A DNA stretch of 64,000 bases from contig NC_042998.1 in NCBI RefSeq assembly GCF_006345805.1, positions 96,100,001 to 96,164,000 on the forward strand, in the 5' to 3' direction. Origin of the DNA: Octopus sinensis (lineage: Eukaryota). Shown here in pieces: positions 53,517 to 64,000 of the stretch. The notes under the pieces are model-generated. The model had not been told where the DNA came from and did not search any database. It worked only from the letters and a program-made list of their open reading frames with translations. The position numbers and the translations under genes were made by a program. Within the stretch, counting starts at the first letter, position 1. The number at the start of each line of letters is the position of its first letter.

Positions 53517-53729
53517 GACAAGTAATATTTGCCTCCACTTCAACATGGCTTTTCCGTTCAAACGGACGCTACAGCGATTTTTTAACAGGGGAGCGAACTC
53601 TGCTCGCAATATATCGGACGCGGGTTTGCATAGTTAACCAGCTAGAGGAAATGTCCTCCTGGAGTTAATAAATCACAGTAACGTCCGTTTGGAGCATCTA
53701 TGTTGAAGTGGTGACAAACATTACTTGCC
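53517..53729. mobile_element. MITE-like element
   Basis: About 55-bp imperfect TIRs: ACAAGTAATATTTGCCTCCACTTCAACAT..AAACGGACG vs CGTCCGTTT..ATGTTGAAGTGGTGACAAACATTACTTGCC. Confidence 0.65.
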
Positions 53730-53940
53730 AGTTCGGCTACTGCGTTCGTTTCTTATAGATATTTTAGAACTAGCTTTTTTGCCTATATATATATTTGTGT
53801 ATATGTGTATATAGACATATATATGTGTGTGTGTATGTATGTATATATTATATATATATATTATATATATTATATATATATATTATATATATATATAATA
53901 TATATATATATTATATATATATATATATATGTATGTATAT

Positions 53941-53990
<50 letters not shown>

Positions 53991-54276
53991 TATAGGAAGG
54001 GTTGTGGTTTCTTTGGTTTGTTTGTTCCCAAACAACACATTTTAGTGCTGTTGACACCACCAGATTGAAAGGTACTGCCCAGATGTCGAAACCATAATGA
54101 TATCCGTGGGGCAGCTGATGATGGAGGTATGCTGGATTGTTGCTATGGCTGTGGAATAGTATTATAACACATCCTTATATATATAAACTATATACATATT
54201 GTATATATATATATATATATATATTTACTCTATTTTTTTCTTTCTACTTCCTCTATTCCAAATAAGGAGGTCTCTA

Positions 54277-54389
54277 AGTCTATTATGTGTTCCCTGATGA
54301 AAGAATTGGTTATATGGGAGATGGACAGGAATACTTTATTCACCTTCAGTAACATTTTCTCGAAACTATCGTAGGATGAGTATTAGACT
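54277..54389 (+). ncRNA. Degenerate type I hammerhead fold
   Basis: AGTCTA..TCC CTGATGA(54294-300) AAGAATTGGTTA...TAACATTTTCTC GAAA(54362-65) C-TATC-G TA GGA..TAGACT. Confidence 0.5.
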
Positions 54390-55638
54390 TTATCTCTGCC
54401 ATAGAATACTTTTAATATCTTTTCATTAATTAAGTATATTGTCATATATTGTCCATGTATCTATAAATTTCTTCCTTCTTGTTTCTGACGCTCAGATATC
54501 ATTTTATATTCCCAGTATATATTCATGTACATTTTTATATGTTCATATGTATTTGCATGTATATTTTTATGTATTTTTGTGTAACTCTGTACACGCATAT
54601 ATATTTTTTTACGGCTTTCTGAGATTTGCCTTAAGTACTCCGATTTTATAAAGGGAAATTGTTTGTAGATTACCTGAATTTTGTGTCTTCTATCAAATTT
54701 ATAATTGAAATACTATATTGAAGACGGAAATAAGTGAGTAAAAATAATTTTACATCTCTTTAATCCAGAAACGCGTTTATAGTTGATCAAAGCCAGGTGG
54801 ATTCGTTATTTTTTTCTCTTTACCTGCGTGAGTTGGGAGTATTACTGTCTGGGAGATATTTTATGGTAGTGAAATAGTATTAACTGCTATTTCTAAATTT
54901 CTGTATGTGGTGAAGCAATTTTGCTGAACCCTAATTATAATTATGCTTATAATTACAAAATTTTTGTATATATATATATATATACTGTATAACAGTATTA
55001 ATAAAGAATATGTATTGCACATTCTATCTCCATTTTTATTAATACTGTTACCCCAACCGCCACACCACCATTACGAAGTTCCTGCAGTAAATCTACGGAT
55101 AACAACAGGTAATCGAAACTGTGCTGTACTCATCAGCCATTTATACATTTTGTACAATTCCTCCTTTATATATATATAAACATAAACCACAAACATATAC
55201 ATATCTATATTAACTACATCGTTGCACTGACTTCACTTAAAATTTAAACCAGTAAAATAAAAGAGGGTTTCTCATATATCTGTTTACTAGATATGATATT
55301 AAATTTTCAATGTACCGGGAATTACCCACCATAAGGTTGGCGAAGAAGTATACTTTAAAAAATACATATCAAAGAAAAGATATTGAAAAATTGTGCCTTA
55401 TCTTTAAGGCAAGCTAGATTGGGTATTGTGTATGTAATTAATAGAGGTCACGGAAGTATTACTTGACTATTTAACCATGATTTATACTGCACTTAAAAGA
55501 TGAACGATTATATAAGTAAGTTGTCAGCCATCGAGTCACAAGCTATAGGGTTTAATTTATATTGGATGCTGCAAATTCTACATGAACTTTTTTCCATTTT
55601 TGTAGAGAATTCATCAACGCTTTAGTATGCTTATATAT

Positions 55639-55687
<49 letters not shown>

Positions 55688-55962
55688 GGCGGTATACCAT
55701 GAGCCCGCAACGCTTGATAGAGTCGAGTGAGCCTCGTCATAACATAGTGCATGTCTGGGCATTTTTAGACCTGACGGATTCCGTCTCTTTCGAATCTGAA
55801 CACGGCGAACCTTTTCGGAAGAGAAAAGACGAAAGTTAGAAAGAGAGAGAGAGAGAGGAGAAAGAAAGGGATAGAAAGACAGAGAGAAAGAAAGAGTGAA
55901 AGAAAGACAGACAGAAAGACACAAGCTGAAAGCCAACCCTGCCATTTGGCCGTTTACATATT

Positions 55963-56003
<41 letters not shown>

Positions 56004-56079
56004 ATCTATCTATATCTATCTATCTATCTATCTATCTATATATAATATATATATATATATTATATATATATATATATAG

Positions 56080-56112
<33 letters not shown>

Positions 56113-57790
56113 ATATATATCTAGCAATGAATCTCTTTCTCTCTCTCTTTCAGTATGTATGTGTATATGTGTTTATATATATATATATAATGGATAGATA
56201 GATACATACATACATGCATGCATGTATGTATGTATGTATGTATGTTTGTATGTATCTATGTATGTATGTATGTATGTACAACGGGGTTCACGTTCTGCGG
56301 TCAAAATCCACCGAGGTTGACTTTACCTTTCATCCTTTCGGGGTCAATGAAATAAACACCAGTTGAGTACTGGGGTCAATGTAATCGACTTAACCCTACC
56401 CCTAAATGCAACGTGCTTCTACAAAATTTTCGTTCACAAAATTCACTCACAAGCCATTGGTGGGCTCCAAGCTATAGTAAAAGACATCTTCCCAAGGTAC
56501 CTTGTTGTGGGACTGAACTCGAACCCACATGATTGCAAAGTGAGCTCCTTAACCCCGTTGCCTCCCCCCCATATATATCCTTGTATTTTGTATATGGCGA
56601 ATGCCTACCAGTGCACTCATAAAACTTATGCTACCTGTTGCTGGCTACCGCATATTATTCCGAACCTACACAACGATATCTTATGGATGTGGTGTGGTAG
56701 TTCCATAAAAATACATGCTATGCCGAAACATATATAACAATGCATTAATAAAAATATAAAAATCAATCCTCATCCGTGAAATATTTTTCATTATCTGTGT
56801 GTGTGTCCTTAAATTTCGTAGTAGACTTGATTGTATTCAAAAGTATTAATCACAGTATCATTGAATGTTAACTAGAAATCTCGCTAAATTTCTTAGTTTC
56901 TTTAATAGCATGTATTTGCATTATGTTCTGACGTTAACTGCTCTATAACTTTATAATTCAATGTTAGTGTGCACCAAACTACTCTGGATTTTAGCTTGAT
57001 GGCTTTTCGAGTTAGGTCACATTTGGCTATCAAATCCAGCTTTCCAAATAAACACGTTTCAGATCTGAGATTGCTGATCAAAATATTCATGTTAATAACT
57101 TTAATAAAGCATAAATTTTTTTTCAGATATTTGACAAACTGATTTATTAATTAACTAGCTAATTAAAAAATTCAATAAATAAATATATCAGACAAATTAT
57201 TGATATTGAAAAGAAAATTCGTTCTTAGTAAATTTATTTAATGATTTGCTAATGCTATTCGATATATCAATAAAATTGTTAACGAAAGACAGACTAATCA
57301 GTTAATTAACTTATTTATTTAAACGTTGATTTGCTGAGTGATTGATTAATTACCTCGTAATGAAATATTAATAACAGATTGTAACCAACTGTTAAATCTA
57401 TTCGCTGATTGACTGAACAAGGCATGTTTTTACTCAATCTTATTAATTTAAAGAACGCTTCACTAAACAATCAATAATTAACTAATTAACTTTAAAACTC
57501 ATTAATGTCTTACTCGGTAATTTCATATCTGATAGCATAAACGGCTGAATCGTAAGATTACTGGAGCACCAGCTGAAGGGTCAAGAGTTCGTATTTAAAA
57601 TACGGCACCATACAGTGCTGTCTTAACAACAGTATAGCTTCTTAGGCAAATAAATGCATTGGAACTTAAAATATTTATTTATTGATAGAATGGCTCAGTA
57701 TAGATCGATTAGCATTGGGCTCCTACACCGTTTGGAGCTCCAGATAACTACCCGATGTCCCATGCCTTAAGATGGCACAAACACTGAATA

Positions 57791-58622
57791 CAGGGTTATT
57801 CAAAAAATGAAACGATTTCGTTACGCAATAATGGAAAAGCAATAGAAAACTCCAGCTAAGTCAAAAGTATTTACTCGCAATCAACTATTATTTCCTGTCT
57901 TACATGTGTTCCATTTGGCCGTCACCTGCAGCACAGCCAACATCAATGCGATAAAAGAATTCGTCCGAGATGCATATCAGCATATCATGATCCACTGAGT
58001 TTATCGCTGTTGTTATTCGATGTTTAAGGTGATTAAGGTTAGTGGGTAGCGGACAAGGTCTATGGTCCCTTTTTTTTTGAAGGAAACACCGTTACAGGAC
58101 AAACCTATCTCGATATGCTCCAAAATTGGCTCTTCACTTCACTGCAAGCAGATTCGCATGACTTCATTTTTCAACAAGATGGAGCACCTGATGGTTCATG
58201 CTTTTTAAATGAAAAATGCCCCAGCGATGGATTGGTCGGAAAGGGGCCCAAGACCTTGCTCTTTGTGCTTGGCCTACGAGATCCCCAGACTTCATCGTGT
58301 GTGATTTTTTCTTGTGGGGATATGTAAAAGATCGCGTTTATGTTCCCCCTCTACCCACTAACCTCGATGACCTTAAACATCGAATAACGACAGCGCTCAA
58401 CTTAATGGGTCGTGATATGCTGATACGATACGCGTCTGGGAGGAATTCTCATATCGCATTGATGTTGCTCGTGCTCCAGGTGGTGGCCACATTGAACACT
58501 TGTAAGACAAGAAATAAAGTTGATTGTGAGTAAATACTTATGACTTGGCTGGAGTTTGTTATTGATTTTCCTTATTAAAATATTGCGTAATGAAATCGTT
58601 TCGTTCTTTTTGAATAACCCTG
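57791..58622 (+). mobile_element. Deleted Tc1/mariner-superfamily element (rosa/DD41D-like motifs)
   Basis: About 40-bp imperfect TIRs starting CAGGGTTATTCAAAAA, TA duplication; GPFFFEGNTVTGQTYLDML, FQQDGAP, RWIGR, WPTRSPDFIVCDFFLWGYVKDRVY. Confidence 0.9.
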
Positions 58623-58754
58623 TACTACGTGATATTATTGAAGGAATTGTGGATGTTCTTTACACACTTCCATGTGATGCTGGCCTTTCCCGTATCACGA
58701 ATATTGTTGCCTCCGCTGCCCTGCTTAAGCTTGATTTGTGCATCCAGGTTAAGT

Positions 58755-58841
58755 AGAATCTATTACAATATATTGTTGGTACAGAATCTATTACAATATA
58801 TTGTTGGTACAGAATCTATTACAATATATTGTTGTTACAGA
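58755..58841 (+). repeat. 28-bp tandem repeat x3
   Basis: Unit AGAATCTATTACAATATATTGTTGGTAC at 58755, 58783 and 58811; contains the palindrome ACAATATATTGT. Confidence 0.95.
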
Positions 58842-58868
58842 TACAAACGATATGCAACTGTTTTTTAC

Positions 58869-59046
58869 CAAGGGGCGTAGCTAGGGTAAATAACGCCCAA
58901 AGGAAGCATCAAAATTGTGTCCTCCCCCTCGCTTCCAACAAAATGTGGTAATTCGCATAGAAATAGCTTAATTAGAAAAATTGCACCCCCCTCAAAGTGG
59001 CGCCCAGTGCATGTGCCCTGCTTGCCCCACCCTGACTACACCCTTG
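58869..59046. mobile_element. MITE-like element
   Basis: TIRs CAAGGGGCGTAGCTAGGGT / ACCCTGACTACACCCTTG; target duplication not resolved. Confidence 0.6.
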
Positions 59047-59111
59047 CCTTTACCATAGTCATAAAAGGCAGGTCATTGCTCTTTTTGTGAGATGGAAAAA
59101 TAGTGGGCAAC

Positions 59112-59183
<72 letters not shown>

Positions 59184-59189
59184 TAGCAC

Positions 59190-60011
59190 AAATGACTGTC
59201 AGGAGTTCCCTACCATCTAGGGATGTACAGCCCATGGGTGTCAGACCACAACACCAAGATTAACACTGTGTTTCTCCTCCAGAGTTAATGGAAGAAAGTA
59301 GAAATCTCTGACCTGGCAGCGCTACCGGCTACATGGCCAGTTCAATATAAACTCTTCAGACATGGAAGAGCTCTCAGCTGCACTTGTCCATGTTGCATGC
59401 AAAGCGACGAAACCGTGCTATTCACATTCGTTCAGTGTCCGAGCATAGCTGACTAGAGCAATTATTTCGAACAACTGCTGTCACGAGTGGGCGGATCTGG
59501 CTATCAGCTGAGTTCATTGTGAAGTTCATTATTTATTTGTCTCGTTTCTCTAGCAATATAGGTTACGTTGTGGACGAGATTGAGAAGGCTGAAGACAAGC
59601 ACGTTCTTCTTTGGCCAAACCCTCATCAGCCTTCTCAAGTTTTATATGCACAGGAAAGTGAGGATGGAGAGAGAAGTGCTTCTTCCCAGCAAATTTGTTG
59701 AAAGGTGGATGAGAGTGGGAAGCATAGTTCGAATGAAAAGATTTGCTCTGAACATGCTCCCATTAGACTGGAAGAAGACAATTAGTAAAGAAAACTTGCC
59801 TTAGTGAGCAGGATGATCGTGGTTTTGTGGCGTTTCCACGAATAACTCTCAGAATAGCTCTCCCTCCTTATGGGGAATTACTCATTGATTTTTTTTGTTT
59901 TTGTTTCTGCTATTTTCTTTTTTTCTTTAGATATTTAATGTAAACCCACATCGTGTCGTCCTACATCGTTCTCGATAATTGTTGCCAGCTCTTGATGTTT
60001 AATAAAGAAAA

Positions 60012-60012
<1 letters not shown>
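59190..60012 (+). mobile_element. Tx1/L1-like LINE 3' fragment
   Basis: WPVQYKLFRHG..CPCCMQSDETVLFTFVQCP knuckle remnant (about 59335-59442), YMHRKVRMERE..F.ERW; ends AATAAAGAAAAC followed by (ATT)n. Confidence 0.7.
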
Positions 60013-60092
<80 letters not shown>

Positions 60093-60232
60093 CACTGAGT
60101 GAGTGAGAGAGCAGTGCATGCTATCAATGTGACACTGAGGTAAAATATACGAACTCCAGTATGCTCATCACGATTACCCATCTGATAAGGGTGCATCATA
60201 ACCATATGTGCGCGACATCATTATTATTATTG

Positions 60233-62005
60233 TTGCCTTTGCACATCTTCTAACGCTGGAGATGTATTAGTGTCAGCTGTTTACTGGTAGTGAACTAAGG
60301 TAACACCTCTTATTTTTCGGGCACCTTCCGGAGTATTCGAGCGGTTCCAAGCAGTGCAGTTTTCTGTAAGTGCTCCACCCTTATTGCAGCCCCTATTTGT
60401 TTCACGCACTTCCCGAGATTTTTGCTCACTGTTCCCAGGGCTCCGACAATTATTGGTACAACTGCTACCTTTTTCATCGACCACAACCGCCTAACTTCCC
60501 AAGCTAACCTGTCATATCTCTCGACTTTTGTTTCTTCCATATACCTTGTTGTCAGCTAGGCATGCTATATCTATGATCTAGCATAGTTTGTTTTCTTTCT
60601 CAATTAAGACTATGACCGGCTTCCTATTCTCAATCTCATGGTCGCACTGAATTATGAAATCCCATAGGATCTTTGCTTTTCTATTTTCGACGATGCCTTC
60701 AGGTTTGTGGTCGTACCAATTTATTGCGCTATCAAGTCCTGGCTATATTGACGTGGCATCTCTTATATTCCTTTTGGGCTAGTGGAGTACATTGGCTGGT
60801 AATATGCCATACGGTTTAACCGTTTTGTCCATAGATTCTGCACTTAACACTTTCTGCTGTATTGTCTATTCTGTATTTTATGTAGTTTGTTCTTAGTGCT
60901 TGCTCTTGGGCAGCACAGATTAGAGCCTCAGTTTTCGGTTTTAAACCACTTTTAGTCATCCACAGCCATCTTTTTTCTCTGTTTGTCTTATCTTCAACAT
61001 CCCTTTGAAATTGACCATGCATTCTTTTCTTTACCCACCTATTTTCAGTTTCATTCGTTTTCAATTTCTTGTATAGTGCTTTATCTTTGCAATCTTTAAT
61101 CCTACACAAGCCTGACCTTCTTACCTCTAATAATAGCGGTTCTGTGGCATTTTTTACATACCATGCTTTGTTGTATTCTTCTGCTCTAATGCTGTGTTCG
61201 CATCCAATAAGTCCTCTTTCCCCTCTTTTTCTTGGTACATACAGTTTGTCTGTGTCACTTTTTGGGTGGAGTGACCCATATCTAGTTAGCAACTTCCTTG
61301 TCTTTCTGTCTAAGCTGTTTAGTTTGTCTACTGTCCATGCGAGTACCCCTGCTCCATATCTAAGGAGTGAAACCGCCCAGGTGTTGATATCTTCGATCAT
61401 ATTCCGTCCGTTTAATTTCGACTTAAGGATCAGTCTCAGTCTGCGCAAGTACTCCACCTTAAATTTTTTCTGTCGTTTCTTTCTCCATCAATTTATCCAT
61501 TTACAAAATCCCCAAGTACTTATAGCCCATCTCTTCTATCTGCTTCATAACCTCCCACGACGGTATCGTTAGCCCGTCCATACATTTGATTTTTGCCTTT
61601 CTTCAAGACACCCCTCCTAATTTCTACTGTCCCTAAACTTCTTCCGTATGCTGTCAGGTCCATCCTCCAATTCGCCATACTTTTTCCAAGCAATCGCTCA
61701 ACATTCGATGCAATACCAAATACACTTCATAATCTAAGAATGTGAGATCATATCGTACGCCTTACGATAATCGATCCATGACTTGGCTAAGTTACTTTTC
61801 CTCTAAGTACAGTTTTGTCTATCAGGAGTTGATCCTTGCTACCTCTGCACTTACGCTTGCAACCCTCCTGTTCATGTGGCAGGGCTCCATTTTTTTCCAG
61901 ATTTTCGTACATTGACCCTGCGAGTATTCCAGCTAATAGCTTCCACATAAGTGGCAAACAGGATATCAGCCTGTAATTGTCTACCGTATTGCCTTTTTCG
62001 ATGTT
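60233..62005 (-). mobile_element. Dong/R4-like non-LTR retrotransposon, 5'-truncated and decayed (RT, CCHC, RLE)
   Basis: Minus strand [113 protein letters not shown]; 3' end runs into (TAA)n. Confidence 0.92.
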
Positions 62006-62345
62006 TTCATTTTTCCTTCGTAACAGTGTAGGTTAAAAATGCACCGGGGTCTTTAATCATCTGTCAGGTCACAACAAGGACCTCAGACAGATAATACTTT
62101 TTTAAAGAGATATGCGCTCTTCCAAATAAGGCTGTTTTTTGCAAGACATCAATCTTGCTGGGGTTTTCCAGTTACCTTAAGAAGTTTTTAAGTTTCAATG
62201 GGAACGAGCCCAATGCTCCGATCACCACTGGTATCACTGTTACATTACCCTCTCGCATTCCATACAGTCTTGTCATTTCCACTTTCAATTCGGAGTATTT
62301 GGTGATTTTTTTCAACCTCTTTTCTCACAAAATTCTTGTCATAAT
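62006..62345 (-). mobile_element. Second Dong/R4-like 3' fragment (different family)
   Basis: Minus strand KYSELKVEMTRLYGMREGNVTVIPVVIGALGSFP...LQKTALFGRAHI plus 3'UTR; abuts the 5' end of the 60.2-62.0 kb copy; (TAA)n at 62342-62420. Confidence 0.8.
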
Positions 62346-62356
62346 TATTATTATTA

Positions 62357-62403
<47 letters not shown>

Positions 62404-64000
62404 TTATTATTATTATTATTATTTAATCCTGGGATCTAGGGGAAAGGACAGTGCTCATGGTCGGTGCAGATTTCCACACAAAAGTAAGAATGGTACAGTA
62501 AATGTTTAACTCAAACACTTACAGTTTTGGAAAAAAGAATATCGTAGGGAAGCAACTCCAACAAAGAAAGAATTAGGCAAAGCCTTTAGCTTGGGATCTT
62601 AAAGGTGAAATGCAGTAGAGTGGCAAGAGGAAGAATAATGAGTGTGTCGGATGGACAAACTCAGAAGAGAACAGGCTGATGTAGAATCAGTAGAGGAGGC
62701 AAAGAGGAGAAATGGAACCAGCCTGGACTCATGGTTGCAATTGGCTGCTCAGTAAATCTTACCTAATATTTTTGGATGCTCTGTATAGTAATTACATAGC
62801 TTGACTAACTTAGCGAAAATATGAATAATTTAATTAACTTAATAACAGACCAATTAAATGACGAGCATGAAAATAGCTCACTTTTAATTTCTAAATAGTT
62901 TGCAGTCTTCGTATGCAAAGGCGTATCCACGCGGGCGCACACGCACACACCTATACACATACACAATTAGACACACTAACATTCACACAATGTTTATAGA
63001 CATGCATTCGCACACATGCACATGTTACATACACAAACGCCTGTATATGCGTTCTTATATACTCTCGTAGAGATACACAGAAGGAAATACTATACGTCAT
63101 ACACACAAGCACCATTAGTGTTTGTGTGTATCAAAGTATGGAATAAACATAATCAGTTTTACATACATAACCAAATATAACGTTTGTAAACATTTTTAGA
63201 ATTTGAAATTCGTTAAACATTCTCTTAGAATGCTTCACTTGGCAGTCATGCCAATGGTATGTAAATGTTGAGAATGGTTCTTTACACATAGAGTCACAAT
63301 TATAAATTGCATGTACGGATCAGGAAATATTTCACTGTTAAAGAACTGGCGATAAAATTTTGTTCATTTATTTGCATGTATGGTGGTCTGAAACAGAAAT
63401 ACTCTAAACTTAATCTCATTATCCAATTTAATTATTAATTCTAACAACTATGATAATATATATATTCGTCTAAGATAATGGTTAAAAATGGTATTTTATG
63501 TCATTATATTAATTTAACGCTTAGTTTTTAGATATGGAAGTTATGAAGCCACCTCTGTGAGACGTGCTACAAATTGGTTAAATTCGCTCCAAACTTTTGA
63601 AGATTGCTCGGCATGGATATTTGTGAAATTAGGGTTAAGAATAAACCACTGAAATATCGAGAACATGTTCTCGAGGATTAAAACTCACAGCAGCAAAATC
63701 GTGTAAAATAAAAAAAAAATAATAATAATAAAAGCAAATCCATGAGAACAAATAAATTTCGAATATTTTTTTACTAACTATGGATTGTCCATTCCTATGA
63801 AAGTAGTTTTGTTTCGTAAAATTTGTTTAAAATAACACATTTAATTATCATTCTTTTTGAATAGAATGAAAAGGTTAAAAGTCCGTTCTTTGATATTAAC
63901 GAGTCACCCAACATTACTTTTCAGCGGAATTTTAAGTAAAGAATTTAACTGTAATTTAACCAGAATATAGCTTGAAAATATTGTTTAATCCTCCTCTTTA

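Noticed and set aside
58755-58841. CRISPR-like array
   Set aside because: Contiguous units with no spacers, in a eukaryotic context with no cas genes.
61069-61572. 167-aa plus-strand ORF
   Set aside because: Antisense shadow of the Dong/R4 ORF.

Overview
AT-rich, microsatellite-saturated eukaryotic DNA with almost no genes. The SINE families look like those of an octopod cephalopod (recognised from memory, not by search). No complete host gene is supported, and most ORFs in the supplied track are translations of simple repeats. Identifiable coding remnants are all from transposons: Penelope-like linker plus GIY-YIG endonuclease (51-52.3 kb), Dong/R4-like RT and RLE (46-48 kb, 60-62 kb), Tx1/L1-like 3' ends, two Tc1/mariner derivatives, a Helitron helicase tail and RTE tails. 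The main finding is a set of Penelope-like elements carrying hammerhead ribozyme folds. Three unrelated families have well-formed folds and three more have variant or degenerate folds. The three well-formed families sit in (TA)n arrays as inverted pseudo-LTR pairs with one long-tail end and one short AT-rich end. One young copy carries an atypical RT-less endonuclease cassette. All RNA folds were made by eye and no cleavage activity is shown.
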